Source: Rozella allomycis CSF55
Taxonomy: Eukaryota
Direction of reading: 5' to 3'
DNA: 25,534 bases
NCBI GenBank assembly: GCA_000442015.1
Contig: KE561054.1
Coordinates: 124,001 to 149,534, forward strand
Positions 1 to 10,765 of the stretch are shown here, piece by piece. Below the pieces are notes generated by a model. It saw only the letters and a program-made list of their open reading frames with translations. It searched no databases and was not told where the DNA came from. The translations under genes and the position numbers were made by a program. Each line of letters begins with the position of its first letter. The first letter of the stretch is position 1.

Positions 1-842
1 CCGAATAACTTTTTCCCTAGGATTCCAAATCCCAATTTTACAAAACTTGAAAGTGAAGGGGATTCGTCAGGAGGGCCGGTAATGGTGATGAATAGGCCAT
101 TTTTTCTTAACATACCTTTAGACGCTAAATTGTAATATTCACCTCCACCTACACAGTCTACACAGAGGTGGAAAAAGTCCTTTTTAGTTTCCAGTTGTTT
201 TATCAAGTCACCTTTTGTATAATCAACAACAACGTCAATGCCTATATAGTTTTTCATAAATTCTGCATTTCTGGTACTACAAATTCCCCAAATTTGGCCC
301 ACGCCCATCTTTTTCAGGATTTGACATGTAAAGATGCCTACTCCTCCAGAACAACCGATCACGATCACATTCTTTGAAGAATTATTTTTAACTTCAAAGG
401 GATCAAGCCTACCATTGACAACTAGACAGTACCAGGCTGTCGTTCCACAAACACCAATTGTCGCAGCTTGGCTCCATTCAAATTCCTTTGGTTTTTTTCT
501 TACAGAATCTTTATCGACGTTTAATTTAACAAACTCTGCTTGTGTGCCATCACTTTCCGGTGAATGAAGTTTTCCATACACTTCATCTCCAACTTCAAAT
601 TCAGTGACACCTTCTCCCTTGGCTACAATAACACCAGCATAATCTAAGCCAAGAGTATGAGGGAGAGATATTTTCAAGTATGTTTTCATGTAACCTCCTG
701 CCACCTTCCAATCTACTGGGTTAATTGATGAAGCAATAACCCTCACTATTATCTCTTTGCCATGTGTTATCTTAGGTTCTTCTCTATCCAAAACTTTGAT
801 ATTGCCATCCATTGCATAATGGCTTGCCACGACTGCCTTCAT
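1..842 (-). CDS. NADPH:quinone oxidoreductase / zinc-binding dehydrogenase-like (MDR superfamily), 3'-truncated by the window edge
   Basis: Not in the ORF track. Manual translation from ATG 842 gives MKAVVASHYAMDG...IIVRVIASSINPVDWK...LPHTLGLDYAGVIVAKGEGVTEFEVGDEVYG...VIVIGCSGGVGIF, with the MDR motifs INPVD and G.D.AG and a Rossmann GxSGGVG. The frame is open to position 1. Confidence 0.9.
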   Translation of the reverse strand, partial: MKAVVASHYAMDGNIKVLDREEPKITHGKEIIVRVIASSINPVDWKVAGGYMKTYLKISLPHTLGLDYAGVIVAKGEGVTEFEVGDEVYGKLHSPESDGTQAEFVKLNVDKDSVRKKPKEFEWSQAATIGVCGTTAWYCLVVNGRLDPFEVKNNSSKNVIVIGCSGGVGIFTCQILKKMGVGQIWGICSTRNAEFMKNYIGIDVVVDYTKGDLIKQLETKKDFFHLCVDCVGGGEYYNLASKGMLRKNGLFITITGPPDESPSLSSFVKLGFGILGKKLF

Positions 843-1054
843 TGCTTTTATTGTGCAAAATTAACTTAATTAAGAAATCTTGAATATCAATAATACAATA
901 TCGAAACTTTGCTATTCAAATTTTTAGTTTTGGTATTAAGTATAGTTACTTGAAGGATAATAGATAATATTTGATAATATTTGGCGGCTCCTATAATGTT
1001 AATATTCGCAATGTAAACTATTCTCATTAAAAATGTTTTAACCAATTTTATTCT

Positions 1055-1971
1055 TTAAACTGTGTTTATCTGAGAATTTGTTTCAAAAATATAACCGTTG
1101 CCTTTGTAGCTCGCCACAGGTAAAAGCCACAGTAGGGGACGATTACCGAAAACCTTTCAAAGGTATAATAAGAGTTTTACTTGAAGAAAATTTTCTCTAT
1201 TTCCTAGATCAAAAACGTTTGCACCGGATGATGTAAATCCAAATCTACTCTTCTCCATACTCTCTATCGTCGTTTTGTTTTTAAGTATTAGTTGCAAATG
1301 GTAAATAAGCAGAATAAATACCGTAAGACCGAAAAGTCCGCTCCCTAAAATACAGAACATCCATTGGAGATTATCGGTATCCCAGTTTTTAGATAGGTCC
1401 CTTGAAACATCTGCTATAGCAGGTGCGAGGACAATTAAAATGCTCAAACAGTACAATGACAAATACCAGAGAAACAAAATAAAAAATTTGTAATTCTTGA
1501 ATCCAACACAATTATTTACCCATGGGCAGTGGTGGTCCATTTTCAAAACACACTTTTTACAAACAGAGCAATGGTGGCACCTGTCTGGTTTAGGAGCATC
1601 GCACTTTCTGCAATATCTTTCTTTTCCATTTTCTTTTCTAGTAATACTTGGTGGGTTTCCAGTCGGAGCAAAATCCATACTTGATGATGATGGACACCCG
1701 GGATTCACGAAACAAGTTTTTAAATAGGAAACAATTAAAAGAACAAATAAAATATGGTAAAATATGACGAAAATGTAAGCATTTGTCTTTTGGACTGCTT
1801 CTGGAAGCCAGTGTTTCGCTGTTGTTAAATATTATGTTAAATCATACCACAGTAGGAAAAAATAATAACATAGTAGCTCCAAAGTATTAGAGAAATCGCT
1901 ATTAAAAAAGGAATCGCATTTGCAATGATTGAAAAGACTTTTGCGCCTCGTTCAAAACTGTGGCTGGCCAT
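1055..1971 (-). CDS. DHHC palmitoyltransferase (Pfa3/ZDHHC2-like)
   Basis: Contains C..C...KPDRCHHCSVCKKCVLKMDHHCPWVNNCVG and the TTxE motif (TTIES), plus TM helices. GT-AG introns 1819-1847 (29 nt) and 1154-1180 (27 nt) restore one frame from MASHSF to ...QINTV*. Confidence 0.93.
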
Positions 1972-2223
1972 GACAGTCGGGGTGGAGAACAAAAAATAGA
2001 AGATAAGACTCACCCGCTATACAGATATATGTTTTTCCTAATTATTAAATTTAACTAGTTAACGATACTTTTCTTCCTATTCTATGATTAATCGTATTTA
2101 CTTAATATATGATGCCATAAATCACTTTTCGTCTGATTTTTTTTAAAACATATTAAAATTTATATTAATAATTTTATANATATATGTCTGATAGAATTCT
2201 TAAAACATATAATAATTTTTTAT

Positions 2224-3608
2224 TTATTTCTTTTTGGGTGCGGTCACGTTAAATTTAAAGTAAATGATGTCTCCATCTTCTATCACATGATCCTTGCCTT
2301 TTTGGAGATACTTTCCAGCAGCTTTGACTTGAGCTTCTGATCCTAAATCCTTCAAGTCTTGATATTTCATGATTTCAGCCATAATAAATCCCCTTTCGAA
2401 ATCAGTATGAATAACCCCTGCTGCCTGAGGCGCCTTGGTTCCTTTTCTTATTGTCCATGCGCGAACTTCATCTGCTCCTGCAGTGAAAAAATAGATTAGT
2501 TGCAAAGAAGAATACCCGGTTACAATAATCCTATATTACAATCGAAATTCTAAAATATACTTTGGAAGGGCGCTTGTAGTGTTTAATTCTTTCAAATATT
2601 GCTCTTTTTCGTCTGGAGTGGACTGTGAGAGTAAAAGCTCCAAGGAACAAGAAAAGGGAATCAAAGTATCGCCAGGGGTGTTTTCGTCAATCCATTGTTT
2701 AATTTTAGGCAACCAAATATGTGACTATAATTAAAAATCTTACCATTTGTTCTTTTTACGAGCATAGTCAGTTTCAGAGATATTGGCCAAATAAGTTACA
2801 GTCTTTGCAGTGAGAAGCAAAAGGGAATTGATAATGTCAATTTCCTTGCCATTCCAGTCACCGTGACGAACGTCTTTTTTCTCTTCGCTGACCCATTTAT
2901 AAACCAATAATTTATTAATTGAAATTAAAATTACTTTTTCCACGGTTTCTAGCTCAAAGACCTTTTCTTTGTTTTTTTCCTGACCACGAATGCCCTTTTT
3001 GAGCGATTCATATTTATTTTTTAAAAATTCTTCATCTTTCAGTCGAAGTTCTTCATGAATGATGCTGAGGTCACGAACAGGGTCAACTTCTCCTTCGACA
3101 TGAACGACATTTGGCTCTGAGAAAGCCCTCACTACATGGAATATACCGTCCACAGCACGAATCTAGTAATTAATAAAAAAAACTTGATCCTACATTGGAC
3201 AAAAAGGCATTTCCAAGACCCGCTCCACTGGCAGCACCCTTAACCAGTCCAGCGATGTCGATGACCGTCAAGTAAGCAGGAACCTAAAATTATGAATATG
3301 TGCAATTACTTTTGACGCTGGCTTATACGTGTCACAAAGCCAATCAAATCTTGCATCAGGAACTGCAACTCTACTCTCCTCCGGATCTATCAATAATATA
3401 TTGTAAATATAATACCTATTGTACAAAATGGGTAATTCTCAGCGGCAACAGCAGAGTTTGTAAGAGCATTAAAAAACGATGATTTACAATTACCAGCAAC
3501 AAATGATACTTACCCAACATTTGGCAATCCTACTATGCCTATTTTCAAGTTATTTGATGGTCGCCCTAATAAAGGCTTTTCAGGCGTGGTTGATGTCTTC
3601 TTTACCAT
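2224..3608 (-). CDS. OLA1: Obg-like ATPase OLA1/YchF
   Basis: Motifs [42 protein letters not shown] and the TGS domain (EVRAWTI...[17 protein letters not shown]). GT-AG introns: 3387-3415, 3284-3309, 3163-3193, 2531-2560. Apparent GT-TG introns: 3487-3513, 2905-2934, 2714-2743. An upstream in-frame ATG lies at 3746. Confidence 0.95.
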
Positions 3609-3639
3609 TTTTTTACTTGCGAAGCCACGCTCTCCTTGG

Positions 3640-4097
3640 ATGAAAACCAGTTTGCGAATACGAGATCGAAAAGGTTTGGGCAGAATTGACGTTGAGAAAC
3701 TGGAGTTTGACCCTTTCGAAGCTAATGAAACTATTGGTGAAAACATTAGCCCTTCTGTGTATGAGGCGCTGCCATCATCCGTAAAAGGAATTTAAATGTT
3801 TGAATAGTAGTATCTTTTGCATTGCATACATGAAGCAACATCATTACACATCGAGGAACCCGAAAGTTATTTTTCAATGGATCCAACTGCTTTGATGGCT
3901 GCCGGTAATATTCTCAATACCAAAACAAGAAGGAATTCTGGTTCAAGAGTTGTTAAGGAGCGAAATATCATCCATGAAGGAAAATTGTAAAATAGGTAGT
4001 TAAATTAAATTTACCGACATCAGTTTTAAACGAGAGTGAAGACGCATTCTTTCAAGACCACATTCGAACACCAAATGAGCAAAGTTCAGAAGAATGA
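3640..4097 (+). CDS. Small spliced gene, Rrn10-like (RNA polymerase I upstream activation factor subunit)
   Basis: Exons 3640-3780, 3811-3904, 3933-3995 and 4024-4097 are joined by 28-30 nt GT-AG introns. The product contains ...EALPSSYLLHCIHEATS...YFSMDPTALMAAGILVQE..., resembling the Rrn10 pattern LPDSDLL..IH...DETAL.A.GIL.EE recalled from memory. Start codon is uncertain. Confidence 0.6.
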
Positions 4098-4214
4098 TAT
4101 TATATTAGTTCTTAAGGTTGGTGTTTAATTGAATGTCGGCATCCATTAAAAAAATAAACTTTTTTGCTCTGTTTGCCTGGGCAAGCCACTATAACCCTTG
4201 TCGGATTTTTTTCA

Positions 4215-4732
4215 ATGGTATGAATTTGAACTTTTCGTGTTTTATTATTCTTATATGTTTCGAATAGATATAATAATTACAGAATTTAATTTCTAGGTTT
4301 ATAATCGCTTTATTGAAGTTGGCCGTGTAGTCCTTGTTAACTATGGTCCAGATGCTGGAAAACTTGCTGTTATCAGCGAAATTATTGATCATAACAGAGT
4401 AAGCGCAATTATTAAGTAAAATACAGGCTATTGTCGATGGTCCAACTACCGGTGTTGCACGTCAACAATTATCTTTTCGCCGACTTGCTGTTACACCATT
4501 TAAAGTTTCAGTTCCACGTGGAAGTCGTTCAAAGACAATCAAAAAAGTTTTTGAAGCTGAAAAAATCGCTGAAAAATGGGAAACCACTTCCTGGGCAAAG
4601 AAATTAGCCGTTAGAGAAAAGAGAGCAGCCATGTCTGACTTTGATCGTTTCAAGGCTATGTTACTCAAGAAGCAACGCCGCGCTGTTGTTGGAAAGGAAT
4701 ATGGAAAATTGAAAAAAGCTGCCAAATTATAA
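4215..4732 (+). CDS. RPL14: 60S ribosomal protein L14 (eL14), 136 aa
   Basis: ATG, then a 79-nt intron (4218-4296), then [34 protein letters not shown], intron 4399-4426, then AIVDGP...SWAKKL...[10 protein letters not shown]... Confidence 0.95.
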
Positions 4733-4814
4733 TAAAATTCATTTCCATTGACACTTGTACTGTTTCTATTTCTAGTTTATTTTACGGCGATTCTTGTTGC
4801 TGGTGGCGCATTTC

Positions 4815-5220
4815 ATGAAAGTAAAGAAAAAGGATTTGAAACGGCAAGAACGCAAAGAAAATTTATTAAAAAGTAAAAGTTATGAAGTTTTTTGAAAAAA
4901 GATCTATACTCTAGGCCTAAAAATGAAAAAAGATGCAAGGCATTTGAATTAGATGATATAAAAAAGGAAGTTTTACTTAATGAAAAGGTTTTAGCATTGT
5001 CGAATGATTTTCACAAAGAAAAGGTTTCAAATAACCAGAAGAGACCAAAGACATCAAAAGGAAGGATTTCTACGTTGTATGGAGATTTTTTTCTTTTAAA
5101 TCTAGACACAAAGAGAAGAAACAGATAAATAATGTACTGAATTTTCCATTATTCCAGAAAGACCCAACTTCTGCTCTAAAGGAACATCTCAAAAACTTAG
5201 TTGAAACTAAACGAATTTAG
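4815..5220 (+). CDS. Slx9/FAM207A-like ribosome biogenesis protein
   Basis: Lys-rich N-terminus. GT-AG introns 4873-4901 and 5077-5105. The C-terminus KEKKQINNVLNFPLFQKDPTSALKEHLKN fits the Slx9 pattern VL..P.F..DP..A...HL.N. Confidence 0.65.
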
Positions 5221-5411
5221 TCAATTACGAAATGGTTTATTTGGATATTAACATGACTCAATAAAGGTGCTTCAGATTTTTTCAGTTACTCTGAAATAAT
5301 TCGGGATAACGTTATATAATATTATTGATAAAGCAATGAAATTATAAAAAATTTTGTGAACTATTTTATTGTTATCACAGTTAAGCCTGATTTAGCAAAA
5401 TTCCAGAATTC

Positions 5412-8023
5412 ATGGATTTTGTTTCTGCCTTACAAAACACGTTAGAAATATTTAGCAATGATCCCAGACCTTACCAAGAGGTTATCTATGATATCCTAAA
5501 CAGGGCAGATTGCTTGAACATAATCTTTTTGTGTTTTCAAGTAATATTGTGCAACCAAGATATATAGAATCGAGACCTTCATTTTACAGGATGCAAACTA
5601 TTAGAAATGCAACTCGTTAAATTAAATTATCAGGATAATATTGAAGATTTTGTCGAGACAATTTGGGCTACAATGGTGGAACAAATGTTCACTGCTAGAG
5701 ACGTTAGAAAAATATCAAAATGGGTAAACGAAATGATTTAGTCGCAAAGAGTGTTTGTATCGCACTTAAAAATGAATGGACTTTTCTTGATAGAATGTTT
5801 ATGTTCGCGGAAAGACAATCGCATTTTCAGTTCATATCTTTGTTTGTCATTGAATGTCTTCGAAATTGTACAGATCAATTTTTAATTTCTTCCTTTGTCA
5901 TTCAAAATTCAAAGTTTGGTGGTGATTGGAAAAATCATTTGGTGGAGAATCTTCCTAAATGCATGGATTTCTTAAAGCAATGTATAATTAATCTACAATT
6001 CTGCGAAGAATGTATGGAAGTCTATGGAGAATGGATAACATATAGTAGGTCTTTAGAGTAATTTGAATTCGATGCTCTAATAAGTGAACTAGTTGAGTAC
6101 ATTAAATTTGTACTTCCTCTATTAAGTAACACACTGTACTTTAAGATGGCATGTGAATGTATCAACCAGGGAGTTCTTGCCAGCCACCATTATAAGAGTC
6201 AAGAAAGCTTTATTTTTCTTGCTTCGAATTTAATTGAATTGTCTAATATGCTAAATGACGAAAATGATTTTTATTCATTCTCAAAGCTACTGGTCAATTA
6301 TGGCAGTACGTTTCCAAACACGTTTTTAACACATGAGCGCCTTATTCATTTACTTTTATCATTGACAACTCGAAATAGTATTTCTTATGATTTAAATATG
6401 TTGTATTTTCCGTGCTGGATTGATCTTGCGTACCATTGTAGCGAGAACGATCGGTTTAAAACAACACTTGAAAAGTGTGTGGAGGCAATGCTACCAAATT
6501 TGATCCATAAAATTTTATACGCTGAATATTCAACAAAGGACGATAAGGATGCCTTTGAATCATTTAGAAATGAAGTATCAGACCTCCTAATTGAATTTTA
6601 CAATTTTGGTTTTCTTAATTTAAGTTTTCTAGATTTAGTAATTACAGACAGTTGCTCCTGGAGGACACAGGAATTATTTTTTTATTTATCTTCGCAATTT
6701 ATTGCTAATGTTAAAGAAATTGATAGTCGTAATATCGTTTTCAGAGGCTTACATAACCTGCCATGTATTAATGATAACCAAATTTTATCAAAGAGTGTAT
6801 TTCGATTTATTGATGAAATTTGCCGCTCGGGTACTTTGGATCTTTTCCCAGATTTTCCTATGCTACCTTTATTGGAATACACTTTAAGCCAATTGAACAC
6901 AATTTCGAAGTTACGCAAAACAATAATTGGCATGTGCTGCAAAATAAATGCTTTGGAGATAAAAGTTTCTCCCGAATTTTTTTCCAATGTTTTGAAACAA
7001 TTTAAACCGAATGAAAATGTAGAGAATAAGTGCGTACTTTGCTCGATTATTGTAATATTGGGTCAGCATGATCAGAAATTTATTGAAAAGTTACTAAATC
7101 TTATCGATGAAGAAGGATGCGTATCTTTTCAATACAAATACTTCATGTCTGTTATAACGCATGTTACAGAGCCTGTAATTATTGAAGCCTTAAGACCACG
7201 TGCTAACAAAGTAATTTCAGCACTGATTGAATACCAATTACTAGAAGAGGCATTCAATTTCATCCCTATTGCTTTAGAAAAAAGTTGCGTTAATTTAAGT
7301 CCTGTCATGAACTTTCTTCATGAAGTTTTATCTAGTGACAAAGACTCTGCCACGATTGAATGTTGCATTAATTGCATGGAAAAGCTTCTTGTTATTGATA
7401 ATGCGCAATCTAGGTCAATTCTAGATCTTTGTCTATTTCGTCTGAAACATTTTGGTGCGACAATGTCAAATCAACCTGAGAATGTTGATTTAATATATGC
7501 GCTAATGAAAAAAGTAATATATTTTCTTTAGTGACAACTGTGCATTTCAGGTATGGCCGAGCTACCGACATCAATTGAAGACGTTGCCACCTTCACCCTA
7601 AATTTTTTATCCATTAAGAATAGAATATGCCTTGAAAAAGTTTGCTCCTTTTTGGTAGAAGATTATGCATGATAATTTTTAGGAATACATTTTAAAGCGG
7701 AAAAGTTTTTCCTTTTGTTCTATTGGATATCCAGTAACAGAGTTGTACACCAATCTATTTATCACCCCACTTCCGAAATCTTATTTGGAGGTTTTATTCC
7801 ACTTGGCGTTCCATATTAAGCGCCATTACCCACAGGAATTTATATTTTCCTTTAATAGTCTATTTAAAAATATGATTGAGAATAAATCCTTGAAAGCGAA
7901 TATTAAATTGCTACTTGAAAATGTTAACCGGTAAATATATCCCATTTATGCTTTACTGGAAGTGCTAGGAATATTAAGGAATTCAAAGACGCTTCATTTA
8001 ATATGTTAAATGCTTTAAAATAA
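5412..8023 (+). CDS. Large alpha-helical (ARM/HEAT-like) protein, possibly a divergent importin-beta family member
   Basis: ORF fragments join through GT-AG introns 5541-5567, 5724-5749, 6058-6084, 7655-7682 and 7931-7962, plus 7514-7540 (GT-TG). Leu-rich helical sequence with a 'SWRTQELFFY' segment like importin-13/transportin-SR W...E. The family call is tentative. Confidence 0.55.
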
Positions 8024-8208
8024 ATCATTTATTGACAAGTACACTAGGTTTATCTTTTAAATTTTATGAACGCTAGCAGTTTTTTAGATACATAAATGTT
8101 TTATTGATCAATTTAATCATTAGCAGAATATCAGTAAAGATTGATTATTTGTATCACTGAAAAACTTTAATCTTGCTGCTCCAACTTTTGGAAATTCCAG
8201 ATCCAAAC

Positions 8209-10715
8209 ATGAATAGCGAATTGACGCCATTGAATATAACTGAAATAGTCTCCGATGTCTTAATCAGTCTTTCTTATTTCGCAATACCATTGGAGATTTT
8301 CTATTTCCAAAAACTACTACCAAATCCATTCAAGTACAGAATTGTCATTTGGCTCTTTGAAATGTTTATTTTTGCTTGCGGAACAACACATTTTGTTGGA
8401 AGTTTTAAATTTTCTTATAACGTCGCTTCTATAATGGTTTTGACTAAGGTCTTGACAGCAATAGTTTCGTTCATAACGGCTATTCTACTTATCCGAGTTT
8501 TTCCGTTAGCGTTTTCACTGCAAAACAGAAATATGAAGTTGGAGGAAGAAATAGGGCTCAGGGAAGAAAATGAAAGAGAATTGATAAAAGCAAACGCTTC
8601 ATTGTTGAGATTTCGTAGGATAGTTAATAGAATTAGAAGTTCCCTGGATGAAAACATATTGATTGACACCGCAGTGAGAGAAATCCGAAGGGAATTTGCG
8701 GCTGATGTGTGTTTGATCGCACAAAAGGATTCCTTGGCAGTGGCTGAGGGGACTTTCAAAGTCAGGGGTATTTCATTCAAAACCCTTAAAGGGTCTATCG
8801 ATACATTATCATTAAACAGTTTAAACGAAAATAAAGATGCCAGTTTTATGAACAAGGATGAAATAAGAGGAATTTTCGGACTGGACACTTCTGTGAAGAG
8901 TGGCTTATTCATTAGATTGAAAGATTCTCAGAATTGTGAATTGGGGATTATGTTCTTATTAAATTATTGTTATGTTAATAAATTTGATGAGATTGAGATG
9001 GAATTATTGCATGAAGTGGCCATACAAATTAGCATTGCTCTTGACCAAGCTATTTCAATTGAAAAGGAGCGGCAAAGTGTAGAAAATTTAAAGAAAGAAT
9101 TTCAAAGAAATGAATTGCTAAATAAAGAAAAGAACGCGGCTGAAATGACAAGCAAAATGACCGCCGACTTTCTAGCCACAATGTCCCATGAAATACGGTA
9201 AATAAAAGTAAAATAAAACAATTTAGGACGCCTTTAAATGCCATAATAGGATTTGGAAATATTCTGCAGCAACAATCCTTAACAGAAGAGCAGCAGGAAA
9301 TTTTGGAAATGATAACTTCGAGTAGCAACCTTTTATTAAATCTGATCAATGATATTTTGGATTACTCAAAAATTGAAAGTGGCTTTTTGTCTTTGGAAGA
9401 TAAAGAATTTTCACTAGTGTCCTCCGTTGAGAGAGTTATTATGCTCAATTCCCAACATTCCTTTTCAAAGAACATTCAATTGAACATGTTTATTGACCCT
9501 TCCGTTCCAATTATGATAAATGGAGATGAAACAAGGTTGAAGCAAGTTTTAAATAATTTTATTAACAATGCCATCAAATTTACAGACACTGGAGAGGTTA
9601 TCGTGACTATCGCCACCACTGAAGATTACTTTAAATTTTACGATTTTTCGGAATGGAAAGAGTTTCATGTTTTGGCGGCAAACAACCATAACGTTCCAAG
9701 ATTGTACTTTAGAATTATTGACACAGGTATTGGAATCGCAGAAGAATCACTCCCAAATTTATTTCAGAAATTTAAACAAGTAGATTCCTCAATCACTAGG
9801 AGGTTTGGGGGTACTGGACTAGGCTTAGCAATTTCATTTAAATTAGTAGAGATTTTCCATGGGTCTCTCTCTGTTTCTAGTCTAGTCGGCAAAGGCTCTG
9901 CTTTCTCTTTTTCAATATCATTAGGATCAAACCCTGGTAAAAAATGGACTGAAAACCCCGCCTTTTCTAAAAAATTTTCAGTTGCAATTGTATCGCCCAT
10001 ATTAAGAACTCGCCAATCAATTGAACATATTTTAACTTGCCTTGAATACCCATTTAAATCGTTTTCTAGTATATCTGAATATTCAAAGTCTACCGATACA
10101 TATCGCATTGTGCTTGTGGATGAAACAGTATCTGAATCACACCTAGATAATATTACCATTCCTGAGAATTGCATGCTCCTTGTCAACAGTTCGTCTACCA
10201 TCCCTGTAACATTCAAACAAAGATTTGTCGCATGTTTAACAAAACCTTTGCGGTACACAAATATTATAAAGATATTTTCTTCAATTAATAATGGAAATTC
10301 AATATCCCTGGACAAGGCAGCTCATTTATCTAGATCTTCTCTCTTTGAAAAGAAGCTGCATATATTGGTGGTTGATGACAATGCAATTAACAGAAAAGTA
10401 ATAGCAAAACTCTTGGAATCTATTCTTTGCCCTCAAATTGATTTTGCTGAAGATGGCGCAGTCGCTGTAAAATTGGCGCTTTCGAAATCTTACGATATCG
10501 TCTTCATGGATGTTTCAATGCCCGTTATGGATGGATTGACAGCTACGCGACTAATCAAAAAAGAAAAGAAGGTGTTTATCGTCGCAATGACAGCCAATGC
10601 CCTCTATCAGGAACGCCTCTTATGCATGGAATCTGGAATGGATGACTACCTTGCAAAGCCCGTTTCACGAGATGACGTTATATCTCTTCTTGAAAGATTT
10701 TTGAAAAGACTCTAA
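8209..10715 (+). CDS. Ethylene-receptor-like (ETR1-type) hybrid histidine kinase: 3-TM ethylene-binding domain, GAF, HisKA, HATPase, receiver
   Basis: N-terminus SDVLISLSYFAIPLEIFYF...FIFACGTTHF matches the ETR1 SDFFIAIAYFSIPLELIYF...CGATH pattern. H-box SHEIRTPLN spans intron 9198-9226. N, G1, F and G2 boxes are present (NNAIKFT, DTGIGI, LFQKF, GGTGLGL). Receiver motifs VVDDN, FMDVSMPVMDG and KP. Confidence 0.93.
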
Positions 10716-10765
10716 TATTGATGGTAATAAATTATGATCCATAAACAATTTATTCTAATTAATGA

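Noticed and set aside
3746-3778. Minus-strand uORF MMAAPHTQKG* whose stop overlaps the upstream OLA1 ATG (TAATG)
   Set aside because: It lies antisense to Rrn10-like exon 1 and is easily produced by chance. There is no evidence it is transcribed.
6059-6061. In-frame TAA between two same-frame ORFs, suggesting stop readthrough, an altered genetic code or a non-AG intron
   Set aside because: A canonical 27-nt GT-AG intron (6058-6084) removes the stop in phase.
7931-7962. Possible TG/GG acceptor in the last intron of the importin-like gene
   Set aside because: A canonical AAG at 7962 (32 nt) restores the frame, so no non-canonical site is needed.
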